Translations under genes and position numbers: made by a program | Assembly (NCBI GenBank): GCA_039621445.1 | Contig: CP154954.1 | Span: 20,446,642-20,510,641 of the forward strand | Length of the DNA stretch: 64,000 nucleotides | Direction of reading: 5' to 3' | Source of the DNA: Euglena gracilis | Taxonomy: Eukaryota | Notes under the pieces: generated by a model | Seen by the model: the letters and a program-made list of their open reading frames with translations, nothing else | Databases searched by the model: none | What the model was told of the DNA's origin: nothing | In this document: positions 1 through 13,014 of the stretch, piece by piece | Numbering within the stretch: position 1 is the first letter of the stretch | How the letters are laid out: every line of letters starts with the position of its first letter

Positions 1-385
1 CCGGCGTGGAAGCGGGGGGCAACTTCGGTGCCCCCCGTTTCCACGCCAGGGCCCCAAGATGTGGTACCAAAATGGCCCCAAGATGTGGCACCAAACTGGC
101 CCCAAGACTGGCTCAGTGGTTTGGCAGAATTCCGAAAGGTTTTGGCCATTGCGACCACCAGTGGATTGCATATGCAGGCTGTTATTGCAACCTTTCTTCG
201 CTTCATGTTCCATATGTGTTTTGCTTTCTCTTTCAAGCATTCCCTGACAAAAAAAAATTTGTCAGCCAAGGTTCCAAAGGTTTGGAACTTAGGCCCCCCT
301 GGTCACCATTGGCAAGGCTTGTCCCTCATATGGGAAAAGGAAATCTCAAAGCAATTAGTTTGGAGCTTCTTAACTAACCTCTGCG

Positions 386-1620
386 GTGGGTGACACTCTC
401 CGCCGCCTTGTGGGCAAAGCCGTTTTAGCAACTGGGGTTGGCCCAATTCTCTCCCGCCCAGGTGGGCGTGGGTGTTTCCAGAGCAGCCGAAACGGTTGGA
501 ATAGGCTTGCAACAACTCATTCGGAAACTGGACCCACAAACTTGGCAATTCTACAACTGGATTTCCGGAACGCGTTTAATTGCATCGACCAAACGCTGCT
601 ATTAACTGCACAGAGCAGTCCCGTCATTATACAATTATTTGCATTTCGCGTACAGCTCTCCGAGCCCATTATTCTGTGACGGCCAAACACAACAAGGTTG
701 CCCACTGGGACCGGTGAGCTTTGCGATGGGTCTGGAGCCAATTGTGGAAACCATACACCGCTCTGCGGAGCTTTTATGGTCTGTTTGGTACCTTGACGAT
801 GGCCTTCTGGTGGGAGACCCGGAAAGAATTCAGCGGTGCCTACAATTCATCAAAGGCGAATCCGAGCGTGTTGGTATTCAGCTCAATTTGGGAGGGGACC
901 AGCTGCCACCCAGGCGGGCTGCCACGGGGACCTAAAGGTCATTCCCTGAGAACCAAATTTCAGAATAACAGTCTTGGGGGCCCCAATTGACTTCCCAACA
1001 ACACAAGCACACAATGCAGACTCCTGGTCAGAGGCAACCAACAAAATTGAACAGATGGCCGAAACAGTCACACAGTTGGCTGACCCACAACTGGCGCACC
1101 ACTTAATACATTTTTGATTAGACAAGGTTCCCGGGCTGTTTTTAAACAAGTTGTTTAAAACAGATTTTTTTCCTATTTGTAGTGTTTTATTTTTAAAAAA
1201 CACCCTTTTTTAAAACAAAAACCGTTTTTAAACCGTTTTTTTATTCATGAAAAAACAATAACTTTTTTTGCTTTGTTTTAAAGCAAAAAAAAAACGGGAA
1301 CCTTGTGCCTAGACGGCTGCCGCGTAAACCACCTGCTGAGGAATTCGGATTTGTACGGCTGTCAAGACAGCATTGCTGCGTGCTCTGAGGTCATACTGCA
1401 GGCGTTTCAAGACGTTGTTGGTAACAGCCTGTCTGCAGAACAAAGGATGCAAGCTTCACTGCCACTATCAAAAAGGGGCTGCGGTCTGCAGATTCCTGCT
1501 TTGACGCAAATCGCAGCATGCATGGCTGCCCTATGCTCCTTCTTCACAAACGGCCACAGGTTGGTTGCCCCGGCGTATGCGACAACACCTGACAGAGAAA
1601 CTACACTCCCCGTCACCACG
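386..1620 (+). pseudogene. Decayed reverse transcriptase of an RLE-type (CRE-like) non-LTR retrotransposon
   Basis: Frameshifted motifs GDTLRRLVGK, LDFRNAFN, QQGCPLGP, WYLDDG and later ASLPLSKRGCGL. Interrupted by the MITE at 1123-1305. Preceded (305-375) by an RLE C-terminal scrap, WQGLSL..KEISKQLVW. Confidence 0.9.
1123..1305. mobile_element. hAT-like MITE (CAAGGTTCCC...GGGAACCTTG)
   Basis: Terminal inverted repeats with degenerate 8-bp TSD tgattaga/tgcctaga (tgactaga in the 55-kb copy). Removing it restores HLIHFCLDGCRVNHLLR. Confidence 0.85.
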
Positions 1621-3171
1621 GCTCGGCCCCAAGGGCGCCCCACACCACACGGCGCTCGGAGGTTTGGCACGTCTGACGAGGACCCTCGGCCACCAGGGGG
1701 GGGGGGGGTCCCCATTTTGCTGTGGCGAGGGGGTTAGTCCCCCAGGCGGGGTCCACCGTGGCGGACAGCCCGAATTTCCCAAAGGAATATTCATTGGTAT
1801 GGTTCAGCATGCCGTGCCGAGGAGGTCGGCTGACCAGGGGGGGTCCCCATTTTGCCGTGCCGAGGGGGTCCGACCACCAGGGGGGGGGGTGGCTGCCGAA
1901 CCTCCCTCCTGACCGTTGCTCCTTCCGACCCCTCACCGTGGCTGGGGGGAGATGGGCTCGTCAAGGCCGAGGATTACACCCGTGCGGAGCTGGCACCCAT
2001 CCTCCTCATGCCGTGTCACCCTCAGGATTTGGGGCTCACCACTTTTCATGGATCGCCTTTTTCCCGAGGCCATGCTCACCCCAAGGAGCTTTGTCTGCTT
2101 CCACGGGGGCTTACATGGGCGTGACTGTACATTGAGCCACCATGCGCAGGTGCCTCCACGGCGACCTCCCTGTGTTTAGGTGACTGACTGTATGTGTGTA
2201 CTGTACAAAGTAAAACGTCCGTGAGGTAAGATGCGGCAGGGAAGGAGTGAGGGCAAAACCCCGCAACGGTGGTTCTTGCCGCGGTAAGTGTCTCCATCTC
2301 TCTGTTGTCGCTTCTCGTTTTTGCCGCGTGCTGCTCCCCGCGGCTGGTGCTGATGTCATCGACTTGTTTGCTCGCCTGGCGTTCTGGTTCGCTTATCTTC
2401 TTTCTTCTGGCCTTTTGCTTTTACCGTGTGGCGTGCTTTGGTCGTAGCAGCTGCCAAACTTGACTCACCTCAATGCCAAACTTTTAAGGAAAGTGGCTTA
2501 TAAAGAAAATTTCTGCCGAGTGAAGGCAATTTTATGCAAAAAATCAGAAATTGGCCATTCTTGTCACGAATCTCTTTTGGCAGTTTTTGAAACCACCCAT
2601 CCGGATAGTTTTTCTCATTCGTAACCTAAACAAGAGGCGTTGAGATGCTAATTTGCCAAATTTGAGGCATTTGGAGCCTTTTGTGTCCCTCATTGGTGCC
2701 AGTTTATGACATTTTATGGACATAGAGGTGACATAGAGGTAGAGGTGGAGGTGGAGGTGGGTCAGATAGAGGTAGAGGACTTTGACCTCTACCTCTACCT
2801 GACTCAGCACGCACCGAGCACACACAGCACGCACCGCTGTACATGTTGTACATAGAACGCCCCACGGAGTCCCTCAAGGACAACAATCGACAAATTTTGC
2901 ACAGGGGAAAAAATTGGGGGTAGGGGTCCTTGAGCCCCCCCCCCCCCAATTGAATTGGCTGATTGGGGGTCTGAAGGAGCCCATTAGCCAAATATGGGGG
3001 GGGGTGAGGGTAAAGTGCCAGGGAGGGGGGGGGGGCACATGTGTTGTGCTTTCTTGCCGTTGGATGGCGTGCGTGTGTCGGGACCCAAGGGCTGTTTTGC
3101 TCCATGGATTCATGGGTTAGGGTTAATTTTTATCTTTGGTCGCGAACAGATGGCTACACTGACGTTGGTGG

Positions 3172-3346
3172 CAAGGTTCCCGTTTTTTTTTGTTTTACAA
3201 CAAAGCAAAAAAAACTTTCATGAGTAAAAAATGGTTTAAAAACGGTTTTTTTATTTTAAAAAAGGGTGTTTTTTTAAAATAAAACACAACAAATAGGAAA
3301 AAAACCTGTTTTAAACAACTTGTATAAAAACAGCCCGGGAACCTTG
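3172..3346. mobile_element. MITE of the CAAGGTTCCC family (also 12706-12876)
   Basis: Same TIRs as 1123-1305 in the opposite orientation, flanked by a ggtgg direct repeat. Confidence 0.8.
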
Positions 3347-3484
3347 GGTGGCATATCAAGGAGAGGACATGGGAGACAGGAGTGTGAAGCGGGTATGGTT
3401 CATGTGGAGGGGGTGGGTTAACCAAGGTCGACAGGTGTTTACTGGGAATAGGGGAGGTGGCAACCGGCAGATAGGTCAGTGTCA

Positions 3485-3880
3485 TTTGACAGGTTGGTGT
3501 AGAAGCTCCAAACCAGTTGTTTAGAGATTTCTTTGGCCAGGAGTGAGAGTCCTTGCCACACTTCTGCTTGGGTTTGGCGCTGAAGCCAACTCTCCCTTTG
3601 CCCTAACAAGGCTTTAAGGAGAGTGGACATCAGAGAATGGCCTTGCTGCCCCATGCCGCCAAACACAAACGGGGTGAGGCGCCAGCCTCGTCTCGAACAT
3701 GTTGCATCATATTTGCGGTGTTTGTCTCTTCTTGTTTTTCTTGCCAAATGGGAAGTTGTGCGGCACGGCTCAGAGGGTTGCTTGGGGTCTGTGTGTGACG
3801 GTTGGTGACGTCGATGGCGACCGGGCCTTCACTGTCAAGGCGAGGAATGAAGATATCGCCAGGCTGAGAATTGTCATCAG
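3485..3880 (-). pseudogene. Restriction-like endonuclease (RLE) domain fragment of a non-LTR retrotransposon
   Basis: QPGDIFIPRLDSEGPVAIDVT ... KHRKYDATCSRRGWRLTPFVF ... QAEVWQGLSLLAKEISKQL, frameshifted. Partial paralog at ~14780-14945. Confidence 0.85.
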
Positions 3881-4019
3881 CCCGTTGTTCTTTTTTTGGC
3901 TTGGAATCTGGCGAGTTGAGCCAAGGAGGTGAGGAAGTCTTGGACCGCTGCGTGTCGCGTGTTTCGAACCATTCAGAGCGCGAAAAGGTATTTAGTCCTA
4001 ATTCATGTGACTTTTCTTC

Positions 4020-4042
4020 TTCTGAGTGTCTATTTTTTTTCG
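4020..4042 (+). other. Genomic copy of the Euglena spliced-leader exon fused to mRNA-like sequence
   Basis: TTCTGAGTGTCTATTTTTTTTCG matches the 3' 23 nt of the E. gracilis SL as I recall it. It is followed by ttggcattcaccATG rather than a GT donor. Identical copy at 58154-58176, degenerate copies at ~7190, ~61367 and ~63577. Confidence 0.8.
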
Positions 4043-5599
4043 TTGGCATTCACCATGTTTTGAAAGCCCCTGGAGGGGTTCAAGTGTGGAGAAGCTGGAA
4101 ATGCTGTTGCCACTGGCCGCAGGTACTGTGGCCGGTGCTGGTATTGCTTTGCGCCTGAAAAGGCCTTGCTTCTGTTTTCTGGGCGCAAAGGCCCCCTATT
4201 CAAGTTGTTTGGTGAAGCATTCAAGTTTGGGTGAAGCCGAAGAAGTTCAAGCAATAACTGAAGTTCAAGAACTATCAAGTTCTTGGTGAACTTCACCGGT
4301 GAAGTTCACCGATGGGTTAGGCAGAGGCCCGGGACCCCCCGGTGAACTTTCAAACGGTGAACTTCACCATGGGGGGGGGGGGAGGGGGGTCAAAATGACC
4401 AAAGTCTACTGCCTGATCCCCTGAGGAGTAAGTGGACAGACCCCTTGTCAGTCCTGTACCCTCGTATTGCTGCTCGTCCAGAAGGCAAACCTGTGGGGCA
4501 GGTTTCATCAAACAACCACCTCCCCCTGTGGGGTAAGCACACCAACGTTTGCCACAGCCTTTGTACGGCTTCACCACAACACTGCGCACGGTCGGTGGAA
4601 AAACAAAAGCTCTGTCGTTCCACCCAGAAGAACTCTTCGGAAAACGCCCGAGGCACCGCAGCCCCTGCCCCTTTTCAAAGACAAGGCACGGAGGTGTTGG
4701 GGACGCGGGGGGGACGCGGGGGGGTCGCGGGGGGGGACGCGGGGGCACCACCATTCTAGGGACCATGATCAAAGCTGACGTTTTTTTAAAAAAAAATTAC
4801 TTTGTTTAAAAAAACCAACAAAAAAGTGTTTTTTTTTAAAAAAATGGAAAGTGTGTTTTTTAAAAGAAGTTTTACAACGCAAAAGTCTTGTCCTCTAAAA
4901 AAAAAGGCTCCAAAAACCGGTGCGTTTCCACACCCAAAATGGAGTTTTGTCAAAAATGGCCCGACATTCATCCCAAAAAATGTGATGGTCGATAAGAATA
5001 TCCTACAAAATTCCCTTTCAAAAAAATTCTTTGGAGGCTAGGCGCGCCACTGGGGGGGGGGGTCCGGGACCCCCCTCCCCCCCCCGCGGCCCCTCGGACC
5101 CCCCCCTCCCCACTGTGCCTAGCATAGCCAAGAAAAAGGCATTTTTTTGAGCAAAAATGGCCCAAAAATGGCCAAAAATGACCATTTTTGGACCCGAAAA
5201 TGGGCCGCGCACCGCCCGGCGGCCCTCCCCCCCCCCCTCAGCGGTGTCGGAACAATTTTTTCCCGGGGGGGGGGGGGGCGAGGAACCGACAAAATTTGGA
5301 GCACATCCTTTTTTCCCCGGCGCGAAGGAAGCGCCGAGGAAAATTTTTTTCATGGCACAACCAAAATGTACTTTTTTCTGTCCCCCTGGCCCCGAAGGGG
5401 CCGAGACGCTAACGCCTTTTTTGAAGTCCAATGCTCCAAAAACTTGAGCTAGAAAGCGAAATCATGGGTAGAACCCCTTTGGAAACCTCCCAATTCAACC
5501 CAACTGTCGACTTCGCAACCTGGGGGGGGGGTGAAGAAGCCCCCTCACCCCCCCCCCACCATGCCTAGTCTCCTTTGAAAGGCAGTCTCTAGCAAACTC

Positions 5600-6562
5600 T
5601 ACTACAAAAAAGAGGTGCCGGACGCCGGTTCTGTCCAAAGCCCGGCGTTCCAAACGCCGGTTCCGTCCGAAGGACGGAACCGGCGTTTGGAACGCCGGGC
5701 TTTGGACAGAACCGGCGTCCGACACCTCTTGTTTAAGCCGGCGTTTTAGAGACGCCGGGCTCAGGACAGAACCGGCGTCCCCAACCTTCGGCCAAAGGAC
5801 ACTCCCAGGACCAATCTCCGACCTCTGATCTGCAATGTCACACCACTTTGCACTTCACCAAATTCCGGCGATCGCGAGGGTATTTCTGGCTGTGTCAATC
5901 GTCCAGGTGTAAAATCACCCCTCGATCGAAAGCTCTTTTCATCAGACGACTGGCGATCACCACCAAATTCAGCCACGTCGCCTGGAGCTCTTATTTTCTG
6001 TCAGTGGGGAATCCTAATTTCACAACTCTGGTGCCCCCCAAGGCCCTCAGGTCGTTGATTCGAAGAGGAAAAACGTTTCTGTAAGGTTTATTAAGCATCT
6101 TAAACCAAAAATCACTGAAAATTGCGACAAATTTCGACTCAGATTCTGGCCGATCCGACGATCGCGAGCGTATCTCGGGCTGCGTGCAACGTTAGGGTAC
6201 CAAGTTACCCCTCGATCGAAAGCTCTTTTCAACAGACGACCAGCGGTGCTCATCAGATCTTTCCACGCTGCACGGTACTCTATTTCCAAAACTGGGCCAA
6301 TTTTCACCAAATTTGGATATCCACCCTAGTGGTCCCCAGATGGCAAAATTCATTGTCCTAGATGGTTGAAACACTCATACCAGCACCTTAGGGCCACCTT
6401 TGGGCACTTTTGGTGACATTTTTAGGAATGAAAACCGGACGCCGGGGGCTTTGGACAGAACCGGCGTTCCTAACGCCGGGCTTTAGGACAGAACCGGCGT
6501 CCGGAAGCCCGTGGGGGGGGACGCCGGTTCTGTCCTGAGCCCGGCGTCTCAAACGCCGGCTT
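5600..6562 (-). mobile_element. Family A TSD-less hairpin element (Helitron2/Helentron-like architecture)
   Basis: Empty site at 62958/62959 (gcaaactc^aaaatggg). 59-bp stem with GAA loop at 5610-5730. Asymmetric inverted repeats at 5735-5782 and 6517-6562. No TSD. Confidence 0.85.
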
Positions 6563-9399
6563 AAAATGGGAAGATGGCTCTTTGGTATACACCATGATCA
6601 GAATTTCCAGGTGAGAGGATGGGCTGAACGCCATGGGCTGTAAAAAATCGACAAAATGGAAAAGACAACAGGAGATGGGAACGGTGTCAACAAAAAGGAC
6701 ACAAAATGGGAAATGTGTGCAGTGGTTGCAGGGGGACATCCTAGGATTAGCATTGATCATGCCGAACAAATAGGAAATAACAAATGGACACTCTTTGCAT
6801 GGCCAACACCAATTGTCTTCCCGAATCCCATCAACTACAGTGTAAAGAAATGGGAAGCATTCCCTTAGAGACTCGTTAGGTCACGACCTTCACCCATCAC
6901 AAGCGGTAGGGGGGTCCCACGGGACCCCTCCACCCATGCCTGGGCTCCAGCAACTCACATTTTTTGAGGGGCAAGGATAAATTTTTGACTTATCACTTGT
7001 TTTTGCAACGTTCTTTTTCCTTCTCCCCTCTTCTTCGTTTCATCGCATCAAGCATTGCAGAAAAGCCTCTTCAAAAAAAAGGACACCAAGCCACTTGGTG
7101 GGGACGCGGGGGGGACGCGGGGGGGGGGGACGCGGGGGGGACGCGGGGGCTCAACCCCCATTTAGTCCTAATTCATGTGACTTTTCTTCTTCTGGGTGTC
7201 TATTTTTTTTTGGTCGCATTCACCATGTTTTGAAAGCCCCTGGAGGGGTTCAAGTGTGGAGAAGCTGGAAATGCTGTTGCCACTGGCCGCAGGTACTGTG
7301 GCCGGTGCTGGTATTGCTTTGCGCCTGAAAAGGCCTTGCTTCTGTTTTCTGGGCGCAAAGGCCCCCTATTCAAGTTGTTTGGTGAAGCATTCAAGTTTGG
7401 GTGAAGCCGAAGAAGTTCAAGCAATAACTGAAGTTCAAGAACTATCAAGTTCTTGGTGAACTTCACCGGTGAAGTTCACCGATGGGTTAGGCAGAGGTGG
7501 GGGGCCCGGGACCCCCCGGTGAACTTTCAAACGGTGAACTTCACCATAGGGGGGGGAGGGGGTCAAAATGACCAAAGTCTACTGCCTGATCCCATGAGGA
7601 GTAAGTGGACAGACCCCTTGTCAGTCCTGTACCCTCGTATTGCTGCTCGTCCAGGAGGCAAACCTGTGGGGCAGGTTTCATCAAACAACCACCTCCCCCT
7701 GTGGGGTAAGCACACCAACGTTTGCCACAGCCTTCGTACGGCTTCACCACAACACTGCACACGGTCGGTGGAAAAACAAACGCTCTGTCGTTCCACCCAG
7801 AAGAACTCTTCGGAAAACGCCCGAGGCACCGCAGCCCCTGCCCCTTTTCAAAGACAAGGCACGGAGGACAGCAGGGTCACGCAGAAAAGGAAGACGCTAC
7901 AAGGCCCAGGCGATACCTCCGCTCGACACGACAAAAGGTCTCGGAAGCCCATGGGGGGCATTTGGCCCGACCAACCTAGCCGGCTGGCAGACCAACCTAG
8001 CCGGGTGGCAGACCAACCTAGCCAGCCAACATGCCGGCTGTCCAGATGTTTGTCCAGATGAAAGCCACTATCGCTAGCCGCCCGGCTATCCAGACCAAAC
8101 AATACGTACGCGCGCTGTGTACGTATTGTGCTAGGGGGACTAAGTTCGTCGGGGCCAAACTTCGCCCGGGTGAATGTTCGGACCTTAGGAGCTCCGGACA
8201 AAAAGATGCCTGCCGGAGGCACCCCCCCCCCCGTAGTGGAGAAGCGGACCACGACCGGCGCGAGCATTCGGTGATGTGTCCTGACCGTCCCCCCAGTCAC
8301 GCAGGGTTCCCCCGGGAAAAAAGGTGCAGAACATTAACTCGCAGGTGTGTTACATTTTCTGCAGAAGCCTGATTTGATCATTTACACAAGGTGCGCCCAA
8401 GGCCTCGCAAAAAAAACCTAAATAAATCCAGCCTGAAAAGCAAAAGGATTTGTTTCAAGGGGGCATAACCCAAAAAAATACAAATAATAATACAGGGGGT
8501 GGCGTGCAGACCAGCAGATTGCACTTACAATGCAAAACCCCAACGGCAGGTTGGTACACCCCTCCCCCCCCCCCTCTCCGAGTGCCTCGCCACGTAGCCG
8601 GACCCCCTCGCCACCGGGATTTTCGCGATTTTTTGAGATTTTCGCGATTTTTTGAGGGAAAATTGCTTGGCCCCCCTTCTCACATAACAGGGCAAAGCAC
8701 AGAACCAGGGAAGAAAACAACATGCAGTGACAATTAAATCTGCACATGGGCCATGGGGGGGCCACCAGTCCAGAGCCAAATGAATGTCGATAGAGAGGCC
8801 AATGGCCCAAAAGCTGGGTGGGGACCACAGCTGCCGGTGGCCACCAGTGGGGACCGATGTGGACCACAGGGACAGGCCACGGGCCAATGAATAAAAATTC
8901 AAGTTACAGCACAAACTGGTACAGTGCACTTGTGGGCTGGCACGGAGAGGTTGGCGGGCTGACAAAACTGTGGCATCTGAGAGGTCCCAGGTGCGGAAGG
9001 AAGGAGATGCGTCGCCTGAATCCATGGGCTTGGACCAGGAGCCACCGGTTTGAGTAGTTGTCAGGTGACAAAATGTCCGAAATTTTTTGTGTTTTGTATT
9101 CACCTCAGGGCTCAATGGGGTCTTGAAATTTTCAAGCGGTTTTCCGCAGTAATACACGGTGGGTAGCACAGCTTCATCCATACGTCTCTTTTGGCCCTCG
9201 CCACAAGGAGAACCTGCTCATGACTCCCTGTGCGCACACAGGGCAGTGGTAGCTATACTGAGGTTGCTGTACAAAGAGATCTTCGGTGACTTGGTGAGAG
9301 GTTACCCCCCCCCCATTATGCACCTCCCCCCGGGAGGCCGAAACTGGGGGGGAGGTACACTGCTTCCATACCAACCCGCTACAATTCTCTGTAGTGACT

Positions 9400-10796
9400 C
9401 CAGATGAATGCTCACAACACTGGTGGCAACAGGAACTCACCAAATCCTCAATTGACAATTTGCTCGCCAAACTGCCCCCCAGGGATCAAGCCCGTTTGCT
9501 GGGGGTGTTCCCCCCCCACCCCCCCGCCCCCCCCCCCCCCCGCGTCCCCCCTGCATCCCGGATTTTGGCCGGGTACATTTTTTCGGTCGACTAAAGGAAA
9601 AGTACACACAAATTTTGTTGACGCCAAAGAAAACGAGTGGGGCCAGTTGGGCAATTCCCCCGCCCCCCGCGTCCCCCCCCCGCGCAGTGGTTTCGGTCAC
9701 GGTTGGATGGCATCCCCTCCCAACTTCGCGAACCACTGCATAATCAAACCAGTTGACTACTGCCTGGGCCCGAAATGGTGGCTGGGCTTGCAAATATCCC
9801 CGACTTCACCTGATGCACTTTGTGAAGGCTGCCAAAGTGCGGTGGATCCGTTCGGGGATCACTGGATGTGCTGCATCCGGAACAACTTCTCTCTGCGCCA
9901 CAACGCCGTACAGGACGCTCTTTTCACACTTTTGTCCAACACCGGCCAAGGGGTACAGAGGGAGGTCCCAGTTCCAAATCAACCCGATGGCAGTCTACGC
10001 CCTCCTGACCTGTTGTTGGCCAGTTGGCAAGATGGTCAACCAACAGCAGTCGACATTACAATTTGCCATTGCTGGCAAGCTTCAGAAAGAACAGCATCGA
10101 GAGAGCTTTGGCGCATATTCCTAAAGAGAAAAGAGACCAGCAAGCGCCTCAAGGAGGTTAGGCAGGGGTGGGGGGGGGCTGTGGACCCCCCCCGGTGAAG
10201 TTCACCGGTGAACGTTCACCGGGGGGGAGGGGGGGGTACTTTCGGCGGTGAAGTTCACCGGTGAAGTTCACCGGTGAACTTCACCGTTTTGATGGTTGGG
10301 GGTGAAAATTTCACGGGTAAAATTTTGCTCCTTTCCTCTCAAAATGGTCATTTTGAGGTTGATGCTTCATGGAATTTTATCGAAATTTCCGAAAACTTGC
10401 CTGAAATGCCATTTTTTGGCCATTTTTGGCCAAAAAAAAGTGCTCTCTTGGTGAACTTCACCGGTGAAGTTCACCGATGGGTTAGGCAGAGGGGGGGGGA
10501 GGTGGTCCGGGACCCCCCGGTGAACTTTCAAACGGTGAACTTCACCATAGGGGGGGGGGAGGGGGGTCAAAACGACCAAAGTCCACTGCCTGATCTCCCA
10601 AGTAACGGCCCGTGCAAAGCAGGAGGCTGGACTTTCACCATGTTGGCATTCGGAACCTGGGGAGGCGGCCTGGGTCCGGAGACGTCCAAACTGCTCGGTA
10701 GGATCATCAAACGAGCAGCTGCATGGCATGACGGTGAACAGCGAACGACGCGTCACGCCAAACTCTACCAGAGCATATCCCTAGCCCTCGCCCGAG
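9400..10796 (+). pseudogene. C-terminal CCHC + RLE region of a CRE-like non-LTR retrotransposon
   Basis: CEGC...DPFGDHWMCC, RHNAVQD, REVP, LRPPDLLL, AVDITI, K..KY, GWTF..LAFGTWGG. Interrupted by insertions at ~9500-9690 and 10153-10598. Confidence 0.9.
10153..10598. mobile_element. MITE with 3-bp TSD (GGAGGTTAGGCAG...CTGCCTGATCTCC), GTGAAGTTCAC palindromic subterminal repeats
   Basis: TSD caa/caa and imperfect TIRs. Partial relatives at ~4285-4420, ~14957-15346 and ~53264-53455. Confidence 0.85.
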
Positions 10797-10806
10797 GTAG
10801 AGGTGA

Positions 10807-11033
<227 letters not shown>

Positions 11034-11577
11034 GTACAAAGTAAAACATCTGTGAGGTAAGATGCGGCAGGGAAGGAGTGAGGGCAAAACCCCGCAACGG
11101 TGGTTCTTGCCGCGGTAAGTGTCTCCATCTCTCCGTTGTTGCTTCTCGTTTTGCTGCGTGCTGCTCCCCGCGGCTGGTGCTGATGTCATCGACTTGTTTG
11201 CTCGCCTGGCGTTCTGGTTGGCTTATCTTCTTTCTTCTGGCCTTTTGCTTTTACCATGTGGCATGCTTTGGTCGTAGCAGCTGCCAAACTTGACTCACCT
11301 CAATGCCAAAATTTTAAGGAAAGTGGCTTATAAAGAAAATTTCTGCCGAGCGAAGGCAATTTTATGCAAAAAATCAGAAATTGGCCATTCTTGTCACGAA
11401 TCTCTTAGGTATGGCAGTTTTTGAAACCACCCATCCGGATAGTTTTTCTCATTCGTAACCTAAATAAGAAGCGTTGAGATGCTAATTTGCCAAATTTGAG
11501 GCATGTGGAGCCTTTTGTGGCCCTCATTGGTGCCAGTTTATGACATTTTATGGACATAGAGGTGACATAGAGGTAGA

Positions 11578-11800
11578 GGGGGGTCGGCACACCCCTCCCC
11601 CCCCCCTCACCAACCCCCTCGCCACGCCATTTTACCCCCCCCCCCTTTTTAGACCCCCTCGCCACGCCATGTCAGGCCCGCCAAAGAAAATTTTCTTGGC
11701 AAACCCCCGCGCACCCCTCCCCCCCCCCATCCGGGACACCCTCGCCACGCCAAACCCCCCCCCCCTAGCCGGATACCTCGCCACGGCGTGCCGACCCCCC
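11578..11800. mobile_element. MITE with 3-bp TSD (GGGGGGTCGGCAC TIR), CGCCACG motifs
   Basis: TSD aga/aga. Absent from the paralogous region at ~2740. Confidence 0.8.
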
Positions 11801-11930
11801 AGAGGTAGAGGTAGACGTGGGTCAGATAGAGGTAGAGGACTTTGACCTCTACCTCTACCTCTATCCAGCCCTGACTCAGCACGTACCGAGCACACACAGC
11901 ACGCACCGCTGTACATGTTGTACATAGAAC

Positions 11931-12385
11931 GGAGGTTAGGCAGGGGTGGGGGGGGGGCCTGTGGACCCCCCCCCCCCCGGTGAAGTTCACCGGTGAACAT
12001 TCCCGGGGGGGGGGGAGGGGGGGGGTACTTTCGGCGGTGAAGTTCACCGGTGAAGTTCACCGGTGAACTTCACCGTTTTGATGGTTGGGGGTGAAATTTT
12101 CATGGGTAAAATTTTGCTCCTTTCCTCTCAAAATGGTCATTTTGAGGTTGATGCTTCATGTAATTTTATCGAAATTTCCGAAAACTTGCCCAAAATGTCA
12201 TTTTTTGGCCATTTTTGGCCAAAAAGTGCTCTCTTGGTGAACTTCACCGGTGAAGTTCACCGATGGGTTAGGCAGAGGGGGGGGGGAGGGGGTCCGGGAC
12301 CCCCCGGTGAACTTTCAAACGGTGAACCTCACCATAGGGGGGGGGAGGGGGGGTCAAAATGACCAAAGTCTACTGCCTGATCTCC
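11931..12385. mobile_element. MITE of the GGAGGTTAGGCAG family
   Basis: TSD aac/aac. Empty site catagaacgccccacgg at ~2851-2867. Confidence 0.9.
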
Positions 12386-13014
12386 AACGCCCCACGGAGT
12401 CTCTCAAGGACAACAATCGACAAATTTTGCACAGGGAAAAAATTGGGGGTAGGGGTCCTTGAGCCCCCCCCCCCCCCAATTGAATTGGCTGATTGGGGGT
12501 CTGAAGGAGCCCATTAGCCAAATAGGGGGGGGGGGGAGGGTAATGTGCCAGGGAGGGGGGGGGGGGGCGCGTGTGTTGTGCTTTCTTTCCGTTGGATGGC
12601 GTGTGTGTGTCGGGACCTAAGGGCTGTTTTGCTCCATGGATTCATATGGGTTTCGGTTAATTTTCATCTTTGGTCGCGAACAGATGGCTACACTGACGTT
12701 GGTGGCAAGGTTCCCGTTTTTTTTGTTTTACAACAAAGCAAAAAAACTTTCATGAGTAAAAAAACGGTTTAAAAACGGTTTTTTGTTTTAAAAAAGGGTG
12801 TTTTTTTAAAATAAAACACTACAAATAGGAAAAACCTGTTTTAAACAACTTGTTTAAAAACAGCCCGGGAACCTTGGGTGGCATATCAAGGAGAGGACAT
12901 GGGGGACAGGGTGGTTGGTACGCCATGGCGAGGGGGTCCGAATAGGGGGGGGGGAGGGAGGGTAAATGGCGTGGCGAGGGGGTCGGCGACCAAGGGGGGG
13001 GGAGGGGCGCAAGG

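Larger units (their letters stand above)
3990..7159 (+). repeat. Tandem unit (2.2-3.2 kb) starting atttagtcctaattcatgtgac
   Basis: Unit starts at 3990, 7160, 58124, 61337 and 63547 (periods 3170, 3213, 2210). The short unit lacks the 963-bp hairpin element. Confidence 0.9.
1..7867 (+). repeat. Left copy of a segmental duplication (partner 54136-62050)
   Basis: Near-identical to the sequence from 54136 (ccggcgtggaagcggggg...), with scattered SNPs and homopolymer differences. It diverges after 'ggcacggagg'. The window begins inside the repeat. Confidence 0.95.

Noticed and set aside
5733-6564. piggyBac-like element (TTAA-flanked inverted repeats)
   Set aside because: The empty site shows the mobile unit also includes the upstream hairpin and that the target was TCAA, not TTAA.
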